In this document: positions 1 through 13,584 of the stretch, in pieces
Layout of the letters: each line of letters starts with the position of its first letter
How positions within the stretch are numbered: position 1 is the first letter of the stretch
Assembly: GCF_006345805.1 (NCBI RefSeq)
Contig: NC_042997.1
Coordinates: forward strand, 129,766,001-129,830,000
Direction: 5' to 3'
DNA from: Octopus sinensis
Taxonomy: Eukaryota
Length of the DNA: 64,000 bases
The notes under the pieces: model-generated
What the model was told of the DNA's origin: nothing
The model's input: the letters and a program-made list of their open reading frames with translations, nothing else
The model's database searches: none
Position numbers and translations under genes: made by a program

Positions 1-173
1 GCAATTTCTGGGGAGGGGATAAGTCAGTTACATCAACCCCAGCGTTTAACTGGTACTTATTTTATTGACCCCGTAAAGATGAAAGGCAAAGTTTATCCTG
101 GTAAACAAAAAAAAAAAAAAAATGCTGCTATGCATTTTATCCCATGTGCTAACAATTCTGCCAGCTCACTGCC
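1..173 (-). mobile_element. tRNA-derived SINE, family A (partial, decayed)
   Basis: Reverse complement has the head GGCAGTGAGCTGGCAGAATTGTTAGC and the central motif CTTTGCCTTTCATC...GGGGTCAATAAAATAAGTACCAG, as in copies at 8104 and 63078. Confidence 0.75.
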
Positions 174-321
174 CCCATAGAACTGATTATATTGACATCA
201 ATACTTTGATAACCTCGTGAAGAACAGCAAAGACAAAAGGGACATAAAGAGATGAAACAAAGATGGAAAAAGATACAAGGTATTTTGTTTTTTTGATACA
301 TTGACACTCACCCACCTCTGA

Positions 322-476
322 CATGCTTTCATTCAGTTTAATCTACCAAATTTCACTCACAAGGCCTTGCTTGATCAGAGGCTATGGCAAAAAATGCTTA
401 CTCAAGGTGCTGCACAGTGAATTCAAATTCAAAACTATATGATTGCTAAAGCAAACTTCTTAACCATATGGCCAAT
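322..476 (-). mobile_element. tRNA-derived SINE, family B head (decayed)
   Basis: Reverse complement resembles the GGTTAAGAAG(T)TTGCTT...CACCTTGRGCAAG...GTGAGTGGATTTGGTAGA head seen at 11821, 26212 and 53221. Similar decayed minus copies lie near 2860-2990 and 3340-3490. Confidence 0.6.
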
Positions 477-2694
477 GACTTAAATAGCTGTAACTGTCCT
501 AGGAGATATCTTGCCACTGATAAAACAGATTTATCACAGGTATTAATTAAAAAAATGGTTTGCCTCAAAAGTGAAGCTCTCCTGCTAAATGGCAATATGC
601 TCACATGTCAGTTTTAGAGTTATAATTCTGTACATATTTATATGTTTCTTTGCATGTTCAATGACAGAAAGGTAACAGATCTATATAGAACAGGTATAGT
701 TCAAAACTTTCTGTATTAGTGAGTGCTGAGTAAGGTTAAGGTGGTTTGTTGTTAGGCTCTACTTAGAAGCACTAAACATATTAACTTAAGTATTTTATCA
801 ATATTTATTGCGAGTATGAAAGATGGCAGCTATTTTAAAGACATTGCGGAATTGTTGAATGAGATATGGCTGCTAGATAAAGCAAGCTGTAAGGAGAAAC
901 GATTGGGAAAAATATATAATGCAGGATTTCAAGAGTGATATACAAAACTAATGACAAGAAGAGAGGCAGATGCTTTGAGCAAATCTGGGTAGAAGTGGTA
1001 CACAAATTGGTAATTTAGATGAGCAGAGCCATTGTAGTACCAAAAGAGTAAGAGTAAAGAGATAAAACAATACATTAATGAGCCAATGAATGCAATATCA
1101 GCACTATTCCATGTAGGCTTAAGTAGTTGCTTGTATAACATCAGTACTGTCCTATATATATATATATATATATAAAGTAGTATTGTGTGTGATCATTGGT
1201 CTGTAAGTAGTTCTCTAATGTGGGTCTAGGTAGTTTGGGTGAGTAATAAGTAGCACTGTTCCAACTAAATGAGTAGCTCCATAATTTCCTTTTGTGTTTA
1301 GGACAGGGCTGACACTGAAGTGTCTTTGTGGTCCTCAAATTTTTCTAGCAATTTTTTAAATGCAAGGTATTTGTGAGCCATTTACCCTTTATACATACAA
1401 GCAATGGACAAAAAATTAATAATCATAATAATAAAAAAGCAGGGCATTATAAAACAAGAAGTTGCTGATTTAGGAGGTTTGTGGTTAAGAGCAGTACTGT
1501 GCAAGTATGTGAAGGGTTCCCTAATGTGAGTTAAACTAAAGTTGAAAGGGGCTGAAATATTCTTGGGTCTGGCAAAAGAAACCTTGCATCTGTAAGTTTT
1601 AGCAATATAATATATGTTCATTTTTCAAGTAATATCTTCATAGATTGTGACCTAACATTTGTAGTGGCTTTGTTCACAAATAGGGAGACAGTAGTAGGAA
1701 AGTCTAACCTTTCAGCTTGAGTAGCAATCCAGTTTTTGCGGCAGTTTATTTAAAGAGGTGAAGATAGTCATTTGCATCTACACCACCATCATCAATTTTT
1801 CTGTTTTCTATATACACAGGTATGAGTTAGAGAGGTTTGTGACTAAATTTCATCTAATAACTGTGTGTACAAATCTTACACATATTTCATATAATTGGCT
1901 TTTGGTACAGAGAAAAGACTTTGCTGTTGTTTAACACGAGGGCAGCCCTAAATCAAGCAGACTTATGATCAAATGTATTCCAGTTGTGACCATTCTGTTT
2001 GTTTAGGGGCAATTGAAGACTTCATTATTTAATATGTACTTTCCTTATCTAGTAAGTTGAGACCCATGCAGAGGATCTCTCGTTTGTAAATTTTTACTAG
2101 TTTCAGATCTTACATTATGAAAATTTACTGATTAAGAGAACTAGTTTATTATGTTCAGATGATAAAGTGGCTATGAGATATAGATTACAAGAACATGATG
2201 CTGTGTATAAATATAGTACATGAACATCTACTGTACACTTCATGGTAGGATGGGTTGGATAGTTTTGCTAATTCTGATATGAGCATTAATTCATAAATCT
2301 GCTGCTCTGAGAGTGGTAACATATTTTAAAAATTATGTGACTTATTAAAGACAGCAGAAAATGTGGAGAGGGATTTATGCAATATCCTTAGAGATGAAAA
2401 GTATATCTCAAGAATGGTATGATTTTTTATCTAGGGTGACAATGGTAAGGATAGAAATGTTCCCAAATAAATCTTAAAACAAGAAGCTGAAGTAATTTTA
2501 ATAGAAAAGATGTAAATAATGATTCATTTTGAATTCTCCCCCACCACACAGATTATTTCAACTACAGTACTCTGGCTAGATTTTTACTTTACTGATGTTG
2601 CAAGGGAGAAAGGTAGAGTTGAGCTGTGAGCTGGAAGGAACAATATTTGATACACTGATTTGATTCTGCCATCCCTCACCAATATAACTGATAT

Positions 2695-2836
2695 AAATGG
2701 TTGGCATTAGGAAGGGCATCCAGCCACAGAAACTATGCCAAATCAGACCAGAGTCTGGTGCAGCCTTCCAGCCCTGGTCAAACTGTCCAATCCTTGCCAG
2801 CATGGACAATGGGCATTAAATGATGATGATGATGAT
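2695..2836 (+). mobile_element. RTE LINE 3' end / RTE-type tail with (GAT)n
   Basis: TGGTTGGCATTAGGAAGGGCATCCAG...CCAGCATGGACAATGGGCATTAAA(TGA)n is the same tail that follows RTE coding sequence at 38161-38965. Confidence 0.75.
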
Positions 2837-3759
2837 ATATCCAAAAGCATACATCAGATAGGATTCTGCATATTTTCCATCTACTAGATTTTACTCAGAA
2901 GCTATGAGTAGACCCAAAGCAGTGAGATTCAAATCTAGCATCACACTGTTGTGAAACAAACTTCTTATCCAAACAGCCATGTATGTGCCCTCAACCACAT
3001 TGCTATGCTTGCATTTACTGTGTGTACTTGAAATCTAGGCTTGAAAAATTCAATAGCTAATTTAATTCGCACAACATAAGTTACTTTCATTTTATAAAAG
3101 ATTAAGTATTTAATTACTCTTTTACACTTTTTTCAGTAATTGGACTGTGAACATTAGGCATCACCTTATAGGGTTTTAGTTGACCATATCTACCCCAGTT
3201 CTTATTTTCTATTAGTGTGGTACTTATTTTAGCAACCTCTATTTATTGCACCATTAAATTATGGGACATAAAGACAGACATCATTTTTTTTTTCAAGTGC
3301 TGTTTAAGATAGATATAAATACAGACACATGCAAACACACACATGATGAAGTCTACCAGCTTCCCTCACAAGGAGTTAGTTGACCCAAGGTTATACTAGA
3401 AGATTGCACATAGTGGTTTGCGATGGGACTGAACCTGGGAAAAACTAGGCGTGAAGTGAATTGCTTAACCACACAGATATGCCTGCACCTGAATTCTTAA
3501 TCTTTCAATTCCTTTTCAAAGCTTAGTAAACTATGTTCAGCTGCAAATATGTTTATATATTTTAAATAGTGTTATGCAATTATTTATATATATATATATA
3601 TATACACACATACACACATGCATGTGCGTGTGCACACACACAGTAAATGCAAGGGAAGAATAAAAACATGATTTCTCACACCATTTTAATGGCTTAGTAT
3701 GAAGATCGGATAGTGTTCATGATCTCTGTACAACACTCCAGGATTGGCAAGCTTGATAC

Positions 3760-4070
3760 AGTTTATGTTCAGCCAATGTCTGTAGAAAAAACATGGGCTC
3801 TGGAGAGTTAAGTTCTGGGATGAATTATAGAGGCTAGTGTGCAGCTTAGGTGAAGAGTGATGAAAGGAAGAGAGGGAATGTGTCAGATGAGTGTATTGGC
3901 TAGGTCTGCATAGAGAAGGTCTACAGCTACCTGGTTCACAGGAATAGAGATTGTAGTAGTAGTGATTAAGTAGGCAGGAAGAGGAGAGCACATTCCTGGG
4001 TTTGAAGCAGAAGTGTATTGATGACTGAGTCTTTGCCAATCGGCTAGAAGTCTTTCTATTGAAAACGAGC
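3760..4070 (-). mobile_element. CR1/L2/Jockey-group non-LTR retrotransposon C-terminal relic
   Basis: ORF 3686-4096 contains PRNVLSSSCLLNHYYYNLYSCE...PKLHTSLYNSS, resembling the RRNVASLSLFYRYY..CS.EL...P...T.LY.NSF tail of such elements (recalled motif). Confidence 0.45.
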
Positions 4071-4605
4071 TTTGACATTTCTGTGAAGCAAAACATGGGA
4101 GTTTCTTAATGTTCACACTGTATCTTTTCTTTAAACTTATAAAAAAAATATATAACTAAGTATATATTTGGCCTTGTTAAAAATTATCTTTAAGTTATAA
4201 CCCACAGATGAAACAGATGGATCTGAAAGCTGAGTTGGTTCTCATTCATGCTTGGGTTGTTATAGTGAGAACGACGAATACTTTAATCTTTCTTTCAGAC
4301 TGTCATTTGGTAATGATCTTCATTGATTCACTTGTTGAAAAGTCAACTAAGGCTATGAGTTAGAGGTTCATTATATGAACAAGCCCACATTCAGTGTAGA
4401 TTTATCTTGCCACAAACTGGGCATTGATATTCACTGAAATAATTTCATGGCAATTTTATTGCTTTTTATAAATAATCTTTTCAATTTACCAACACAGCCA
4501 GTTAATGTATAAATATCACAAAGGCGGGGAGTTACAAAAGACATACGTTGATCTACAAACATAGAATAATTATATAAAAAATGTAGGGAAAGGATATTAT
4601 AAGTA

Positions 4606-5473
4606 TGTGGTCTGATCAATAAGTATCCGGACTGTTGCCACAGTAACAAAACTAAAGCCGCTTGGCACAAATTGACCTTGAACTCTGCTGTGCATGCACA
4701 CTAAATTTTAATGTTCTAGCCTAATTCTGCTGTTTATAACAGTGCTTGGAAGTAATGTGTAGCATGTGTTTGTCGCACTGACCATGGCAGAGAAAGTTGA
4801 GCAGAGAATCTGCATCAAATTTGCCAAAAACGTGGTGGTACCTGCTCAGAAGCCTACGCAAAGTTTTCATTGTTTTCAACACAATCAAGGAGATTTTGTG
4901 CAACTGAAACTCCAGTGTCTTTTTGGTCAGCAGAAAGTAGTTGTGGCACAAACTTGGCAAACATGCATCTCATACCAAAATCTTCAGTGATAATGGACTG
5001 AATTGAACAGTAACTAATCTGCATGTCCTCTGATAACTCACAGATGGGGATTTGACTATTTCCCCTCACAGCTGCACAAGCATCTACAATGTTTTTCTCA
5101 GTTCTACTGGTTGCAGGTCTCCCAGAGCGTTTGTCACTAGTGACATTTTTTCAGCCATCTTGGAAACGTCTGAACCACTCATACACTTGTGTGCAGCTCA
5201 TACACTCCTCTCCATACGCTTTCTGTAACTTTGCGTTGGCCTCTGAGCAGGTATTGCCATGACAACTTTCTCTGTCATGGTCAATGCGATGATCACATAT
5301 TACACATGTTATTTTGAAGCACTGCCGTAAACAGCGGAAGTGAGCTAGAACGTTAAAACTTAGTGCACATGCTCAGCAGAGTTCAAGGTCAATCTTTGCC
5401 AAGTGGCTTCAGACTGCATGCTTTAGCTTCGTTACTATGGCAACAGTCCAGATACTTATTGATCAGACTGTTT
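4606..5473. mobile_element. Mariner-derived fold-back element made of two inverted 5' halves
   Basis: Outer inverted repeat GTCTGATCAATAAGTATC(C/T)GGACTGTTGCCA(C/T)AGTAAC at 4610-4647 vs 5431-5468, with TA at 4604-4605. The plus arm encodes MAEKVEQRICIKF. The minus arm encodes the same start and continues to ICELSEDMQISYCSIQSIITEDFGMRCMFAKFVPQLLSADQK (mariner HTH/linker, W/FVP motif). Confidence 0.88.
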
Positions 5474-6079
5474 ATAATATACTTACTGAAGTATATTAAA
5501 AACCGGTAATATAAACATAAATTACACAATGTAAATAAATGCATACATGTATAACTATAAATGAATACAAATAAAGACAGTCCACATACAGGTGGAAATC
5601 TCTCACCTGGGTTTAATCAAAACACAACTTGAGCACCTTCTGTTTTAGAGGTTAGAAAGGGCTCATTCTCCCTTTGGAGTGTAAGTACAACTGTCATAGA
5701 CTGTAAAAATTGGTTCTTATTGTTAGTCTATTGCTTGTGTTTTTCACATAGATGAAATGCATCTCCTCAATCTGCATGTTAATTTTTCCATCTTTCTGCA
5801 GTTCAATTTGTTTATCAATTCCTCACTGACTACTCAAAGAACTAAATTTCCTTCAGTATAAGGAAAGAAGGGCTTCTCCTGGTATGTCACTGTTGAACAT
5901 TGGTCATTCTAGGCAAGATGACCAAGGGTGGCATGAACAGAGGATGACTGTGACAGATGGACCAGGACGAGATGGAAAAAAAATGCATGACTATGACAGG
6001 CTCAAGTGCATATTATGTATCCTAGTCCATATCACTATCCAGGTTTTATTGTATGTTTTGTTATGCTTGCAAAGGTGTC

Positions 6080-6400
6080 CAGGTTTTCTACAGCACCATA
6101 CACCAATCATCACAGTTCTTTGTTATCTCCTTTATGACATGCGATATCTTGAGATCAGTCTTCATCACTTTGTCCTATATCTTTCTCAGTCTTCTTCCAC
6201 TGGTTCAATTCACCTCAAGTACTCACCACTTCCTTAAACAGCTATCATCCCCCATACATCACGTCTGTACAAGTGTAGCCTTTTCTCTTACAGACAACAT
6301 CCGATTCTGTTCATATCTAACTTTTCATTCAGATCATTTATACTGTTGTTCATGTACACTAACACTATACATTAGCAAGGCACACTTGCTTCATTTCTTT
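6080..6400 (-). mobile_element. RTE LINE C-terminal relic
   Basis: Reverse complement gives a decayed EKRLHLYRRDV.../...GRRLRKI(W) segment resembling RLRWFGHV.RM...GRGRPRKTW. Confidence 0.5.
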
Positions 6401-8103
6401 CTACTCGTTACAAATCCTCTGTATTGAAGGCCCATGTCTTGCAGTTATACAACATTGCATTTCATACATAAACATTAGACAATCAGCCCTTCATTCTGAG
6501 GGACAAACATGGAATTCTTTTAACACCCACTTTTTTTTTTATTATGCTATCTTTTTTTAGAATCAGTCTTGAAGAAAAAATTTTTTTATTTTGATTTGAA
6601 AGAAACCTCTTTTTTTTTAATATCAGAAATTCATTAGAGCTACAGAATTTACAACTGTAGTATCATTTTTTTTTTATACATAAATATATTTTGTTTGCAG
6701 TTGAAGTGTATAAATATATTTTATTTTCATCTGAAAGCATTAGTTACTTCAGCTTTTGAAAATTGAAACTACTGCTCAGTTTAAATTTATTAAGGATGAA
6801 AATGTAATTACAAATGTAAATAAAATATATTTATGCATTTCAAATGCAAATGAAAAATGTTTATTAAAAAAAAGAGTTCAGCAACTGTAAATCCTCTAAT
6901 CCTAAAATCAGTTTCTGATTAGAAATAAAAAGAATTTTTAATTGATAAAAATTTATTTGGAGATTCAGAAACTTTGATGTTTAAAACATAGAAATTGATA
7001 GACCATCAGAAATCAAAATAATAAGCTACAGGTGGACTAAAAAAAATTTCCTGCTAAAACATGCTTGTACACACACACATACGTATTAAATATATCTATA
7101 AATACATACAGTAAACTAGAAATTGCTCATTTAAGTCATTCTTCCAATGACTGTATATTATCTATGATGAACCATTCTCTGTATTAACTCTGCCATTTGT
7201 TATTTACTTTTATGATGTTCTCTCATTAAGTCCCATGCTATCAAGGAAGGACATTGTATATTTAATGAGGAACAGTTTATCCTAAATTTATATTTGAATA
7301 ATGCGTTCTATATCTAAATAAACAACATCACTTTTGATGGGTACTTCACTAGTTATAAAGTAGCAATTCTAAGAATACAAAATATCTAGGAAAGTGTCAA
7401 AAGAACCTACATAAATTGATGCAAAACATAAGAATACCCCACCCCAAATGTTTTCCAACTTTAAAGAAGACAGCAAATATAAATCAGAGACAGAACTGAA
7501 AGAATGTTGGAACCAAGTGGCTTGTGGTATTTGTTCTGATTCTTTACATTCTGAGTTAAAATCCAGCCATTGCTTAGTTTAACACCACAACTTGGCAACT
7601 TAGGTGCCTTTAGTACAGTAAACACTACTGCAAGTATTTGGGTTGGATTTCTGGTTTGAGGATACAATAGAAAAAACATGGTACAAGCAAAGATTAAAAA
7701 TGGTTTCAGAAAATTGTATGACCATGAGTTAAATATACCAATTCATATAAGTAATATCCAATAGATATACCTTAATCTCCCAACTAGAGAGATGTACATA
7801 CCTGCAAGAACACCACTTATACAACTATCTCTCAATACCACAAAAATTTCACAATAAACAAAAACAACACTAAAAATAATACCATTATAACTAACACAAA
7901 CAACAGCAAATCAGCTGTAAGACAAATACCTCTGCCTCCCACCCAGTAAATCAATGATACTGCATACACTATAACTTCAAAAAAATTCTCTCTAATCTAG
8001 GTACAGAAAGCTATAGTTTATTATATTGATCATAGTACGTTAATTTTATGGAGTTCAGAATGATGAAAAGTAAAGATAATCTTGGTAGAATTTGAACTCC
8101 AAA

Positions 8104-8347
8104 GTTAAAGGTAAAGGCGGTGAAGCTGGCAGAATCGTTAGCGTGCCGGGTGAAATGCTTAGCAGTATTTCATCTGCCGCTACATCCTGAGTTCAAATTC
8201 TGCTGAGGTTGACTTTGCTTTTCATCCTTTCGGGGTCGATAAATTAAGTACCAGTTGCGCACTGGGGTTGATGTAATCGACTTAATCCCTTTGTCTGTGC
8301 TTGTTTGTGCCCTCTATGTTTAGCCCCTTGTGGGCAATAAAGAAATA
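8104..8347 (+). mobile_element. Young full-length family A SINE with 17-bp target-site duplication, nested in an older minus-strand SINE
   Basis: A-box-like TGGCAGAATCG, B-box-like GAGTTCAAATTC and central TTTCATCCTTTCGGGGTCGATAAATTAAGTACCAG. Direct repeat AGAATTTGAACTCCAAA at 8087-8103 and 8348-8364. Flanks 8050-8103 and 8348-8420 are halves of a decayed antisense SINE head. Confidence 0.88.
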
Positions 8348-10096
8348 AGAATTTGAACTCCAAACAAAATACAAAGCATTTTTTCCCAGTGTTCTACTGA
8401 TTCTACTAATCTACCACCCTCAAAATTAATACTGAAAAATTATATAATATAAAATAAAAGAGAGGCTCTACATTGGAAGTCAACAAAAGCCTCTATGTAG
8501 TTGCATGACATATTAGTAATAGCAACCAAACATCTCACAACCACTTCCTACTGTCTTACGGAAAGAATACATTGAATGAAGCTGCACTACATGGTTCTAA
8601 AATGTACGATAGCCATAACTAGATTCATTTTCCTCATGTGTTTGCTTAAATCAGGTTGATCTAGGGCTAAACAATAACTGAAAATCATGATATGAAGCTA
8701 CTGGAAAATATCTGACAGCCCTGATATAATACAATATTTCATTGAAGCATGTTCAGTTGATTAGATAATCTATCTACTCTATTCACTGAAGCTCATATCT
8801 TCAATTTATTCAGTTAAATATTCTTATTTTATCCCCCTCAGTTAAATATTGTGGACATGAAGTCCAACAAACATTTAACCCATGACAATGATGAAGAAAC
8901 AGAGGCAAAGCTAATGCAGTTTAACTCAAATTTATTTATAGGTGACACTAAGCATTGCAGGTCAAAACCACTTTATTTTATTAAATTTGTTCATAATGTT
9001 AATAATATGAAAGCTATATGAAGTAGGTTTCGATGTTAATTGAGCAATTAAGATAACTTACATCATAATAAATAGACATCCAATTGAATATAATTGGATA
9101 CTGTGCAAAACCATTATCATAGACTCAGTAGGATGAAAGACAATGTAAAGTCCAAAAGGATTTTAATACAAGCCATCTTCTAGGACTTAAAGTTCCCTTT
9201 AATATTTAGTTCTGGGTTCATGATTTTTTTCTAAAACATCCTCTTCTATTTCCATAAAAAGTAGGTAGCACACAACATAAGAGATGTAACGCATTCAATA
9301 CTGGTCAACCAGCTTTTGCCATTTACCCAAATTCATGGCAAAGTGAAACAGCATGACCAAATATTACTTTGTATCTAGTTAGATCCTTCTTTACTTAGGA
9401 ATGCTCACGAAACAAATGAGAAAGACCTTCCACTGGTTAAGATGCTAATTTAATGCAAATAATATTCTCAGATGATTGAATACCTTGGGTGAATTGAAGT
9501 GATATAGAATAGAAGAGGACACAGTAATGTTAACAGCAGCAAATTCAAGCTCTTGGCACATTTTGTGACTATTGCTGAACACGGACCAACTTCAAGGAGC
9601 TGGATGTTCTTTGAAGAGAAGACAATAAAGCGTAGTGGAGAAAATGATTCACAAAATAAAATCTCTTGTAGCTATTGCTCAATATTTATAATTAATAACA
9701 AAAGTGCTAATACAATTCAGAGATAGGAGAAATTGTTAGCGATGCTCTCTGCCATCTCCTTTTTTGTTTTAATACTTGCTTTCCTATGTTGGTATAGAGT
9801 GGACATACCTTGCAGGCTCTATTAACCCCCTCTGACATGCTTATTAGAAATAACAAAGACCTATTCTAAATCATATAATATTGATGATGATGATGGTTAT
9901 GTTAATGACTAAGATATCAAACACTAATTGAGATAAAAAAGAAAAGAAAACTAGTAATATTCATAAATGCAGGGAAGTAATGTATAGGTGTTTTCATAGA
10001 TTATATAAAGTATTTATTAGACTAAAACGAACTACTAATTGTGAGAGTAATGAAATGATAATTGGCAGATGAGTTTACAGCAATCATAAGTTAAAG

Positions 10097-10135
10097 CAGT
10101 GGTTCCTAACCTGTGGCCCATAAACTAAATTCAAA

Positions 10136-10181
<46 letters not shown>

Positions 10182-10285
10182 CATATATAACATATATATA
10201 TAAGTATATATAATATAAAGGGGTCTGTGGGAAAACTCATTTAAATAAAAGGGGTCCTTGGTAGTGAAAAGGTTGGGAACCACTC
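10097..10285. mobile_element. hAT/Charlie-type MITE with internal (AT)n expansion
   Basis: Termini CAGTGGTTCCTAACC and GGTTGGGAACCACT. Positions 10220-10285 match the reverse complement of 20975-21040 at 61 of 66 bases. Confidence 0.8.
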
Positions 10286-11422
10286 AGCTAAGCGATAAAT
10301 TTATACCAAGGAAAAAAGTTAAGGGTTAGTTGTCTGAAGTTAGAAATGAGTTTTGTGTTAAGCTTTTGTTTTCTATTAAAAGTCAGTTTTATTTCATTAC
10401 AGCATCTACATAGATCACTAAAACTTGGGTTTATAAGTTTTTCCTATCCTTAATACCATATGTGGTTGGTTAAGAGTGCTAATAATGATCATATATATAA
10501 ATTTCTGAATAACTAAAGTTCTACATATCTCTTATTAACCAACTTTATCATGTAACAAAGCTGCCATCTAATCAGGCACATTATTACAATATACACAACT
10601 CATACATTTAATCACTGCAAAATTTTCTCATATTTTCCTCTAACTCGCAAACATTAAAACTAAGGTATCTTATCCTCTTTAGAAACCCCCCCCCCCAAAA
10701 AAAAACCCAGAAACATAAACACTGTTGAAATTCAAGTACATATATAATTTAAATTAATGGTTCTAAAAATTTATTTTGCATAAAATAGGAAAACTATTTG
10801 TATCTATATTTGACAAAATAAGCCAATATATTTTTCACATACATTGGATATTTTAAAAAGGTATTTTCCATTAGCTGTATTAAAATTGTATGTGTGTATG
10901 TGTGAGCGCGCGCACACACATACACACACGTGTACATGGTTGAGCATGGTCTTCCAAATGTTAGAAAGTATGAGTCAAATGAAATATTAAAAATCTTATT
11001 TCAAATTATTACAAACTATGGTAAATGTTGCATTTCAAACACATAGACAAACGATAAAAATACATACATAAGCACAAGACGTAGACCCCACCCCATATAC
11101 ATATAAGAATATAGCATTTTATGAATGAACACTATTTTAGTGTGCGATTGAAATGAAAGCAAATTTTGAAGACAGAAAACCGAAAGTATAGTTTCAGTTA
11201 TATATGTTTGCCTTATATGTATGTGTATGGGTTACAGAAATGTGAATAAAATTTTAAGTAAAAAGAACTATCTCTATAAAACCTACATGGACATACACAC
11301 AGCCTCATTCCATTAGAGCATATTCTAAGAAATTAATGTAATCTCAGAAAAATTCCTCCAATTGGAAAGAACTGTGTAATGTCCAACTATAGAACAGCTT
11401 CAATAATTTGGCATTAAAGGCT

Positions 11423-11650
11423 TTCATCATCTTCATTATCTAATGTCTATATTCCATGCATGCATGGGTAGGATGGTTCACAGGAGCTGGCCAGGTAGTA
11501 AAACTACCCTATGCTACTGTGTGTGTTTTGGCAGGGTTTTTACAGCTGGATGTCCTTCCTAACACCAACCATTCTGCAGAGTGCACTCAGTGCTTTTATG
11601 TGACACTGGTAGAGGTGAGGTTAGTTTTGGCATGATTTTTACAGTTTTAT
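11423..11650 (-). mobile_element. RTE-type 3' tail
   Basis: (ATC)n...CCATGCATGCATGGG...CAGCTGGATGTCCTTCCTAACACCAACC is the antisense of the RTE tail. Confidence 0.7.
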
Positions 11651-11820
11651 ATATTGAAATGCAAGTCAGATTTTAAGAAGTAGAAAAATGTATCTCTGTT
11701 ACACATAACAATAAAACAATATATTTGAAATATTTATGCAAAATTACTATGGTTCAAATTCAACTAATTATCTTACAACTGAGTGCTATATTTCCAAGTT
11801 ATGCATATGTGTGTGTAAAT

Positions 11821-12125
11821 AAAGGCACAGGCATGGCTGTGTGGTAAGAAGTTTATTTCCCAACCACATAGTTCCAGGTTCAGTCCCACTAAATAACACC
11901 TTGGGCAAATGACTTCTACAATAGCCATGGTCCAACAAAAAACCTTTTTCGGAAACTGGAAAACCCCCTCATACATATGTATGGATGAATGCATGTGAGT
12001 GTGTGTGTGTGTTACTATATCCTTGCTTTGACTTCGCATGATAATTGTAAATGAGTGTCGTCATCATGAGGAAATATTACCTTACTTGGAAGCAGGTGAG
12101 GGTTGGAAATACCAACTAAAAGAAA
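11821..12125 (+). mobile_element. Family B SINE (head, (TG)n linker, start of 3' module)
   Basis: GGCACAGGCATGGCTGTGTGGTAAGAAG...GGTTCAGTCCCACT (A/B-box-like)...CACCTTGGGCAAATGACTTCTAC, followed by the module also seen at 26420-26620. Confidence 0.8.
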
Positions 12126-13420
12126 ATATCCAAAAATATAGACTTCAAAAGAAAGTGAAATGACTGAAAGATTTCTGAGACTATCAACTATTATAGCTAA
12201 GTTAAGAACAAATGACATCAATAAATTTGAGCAATATATTGTAAATATATCTAAATTATTTAATTTATTTTAATGATAGATATTAAATTTAGGCCTTTTA
12301 AAGACATTGGAAAATGTAGAAAGACGTATAGTTAAGTGCGAGTTGCCACTCTTGAGACCATGAACAGAAAATAATTTTTTATTAATTGAAATTAAAATCA
12401 TATGTATGTTGAACTACAAGAATCAAGATGATGACTTGTATATTTATTCCGAATAGGTTTCAGCAGATTTGAAAATGGCAGATATGAGCATAGATCAAGG
12501 AACAGTTTGTTGAAAGTATAAACAAGAACATTGATTCTTGTTAGATCCATTAGTTTAGGAGTGCTTCTGCATGATGTGATACAATGATGTTGAAATGATG
12601 GCTGTCCCAGAATCTCTTGTATTAATGAATTGACTGTTATGAATACATATTCATTATAAAGGAGAAGCTGTTCTCCTGTGATGAAACACTACAGTGATTA
12701 GCATATTCATGTTTGAATTTGCCAGAATATATTAAGAACAGATATGCAAGTCTGCGTGAAATTAAAATCCTAATGAGAAAAAAAAATCTCATAAACAATA
12801 ACAAAAATTTATTCTGAAAAGGGCAAACGAAAGAAGCCTAAAATTACAAAAAATCAGATAGATATGCAGGGGTGGAGGAAATGAATCTGAGTTGACAGCC
12901 ATGTTGGCAACTATAAACATGTTTCAGTTTTATTTGACTTCCTCAGTGCAATGCAGCCCACATGATGTCTGTCAAGATCACTAAATGTCAACAAGAAATA
13001 GCCTGTTACTTCTTGTGAAGAACATTTAGTGATTAGGTATATTAAAATGACATTGGAAAATCCCCAAAGTGTTTTTGTACAAAGAACATTATAGTTAGGT
13101 ACATGCTACCATACTTGGTTGTGAACTGAAAATAATTTCTAAATGATTGAAATTATAACTCTAAGGAGAAAAAAAAGGTCATTAGATTTAATAAAAATTT
13201 CTTCTCACAAGGAGCAAGAGAGAGAAGTCACCAAATTGCAATCAACCAAAAATAAAATGATGCAAGGCTCTTTGGCCTTTAAGTTATATTTTAGGACTTA
13301 CAAGTCATAACTATGATGCTTTTTGACTGTTTTAAGCATATTTAATGTATACTTGAACATTTAACATTATTTTCTTGCTAATCCAAGTTTCTCACTATAA
13401 GTGAATCTCCTCCTCTCTTT

Positions 13421-13457
13421 CACACACACACACATGCACACACACACATTCGCACAT

Positions 13458-13489
<32 letters not shown>
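13421..13489. repeat. (CA)n microsatellite about 95 nt from the exon 3 donor
   Basis: Imperfect CA dinucleotide run. Confidence 0.9.
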
Positions 13490-13491
<2 letters not shown>

Positions 13492-13584
13492 AAATATAGT
13501 GAGCAAGGTTATTAAAACAGAAAGTGAAAATTATATATATGTATACATCAATAATGAGAAAATGTATGCTTTTTTTCTGCCTAC

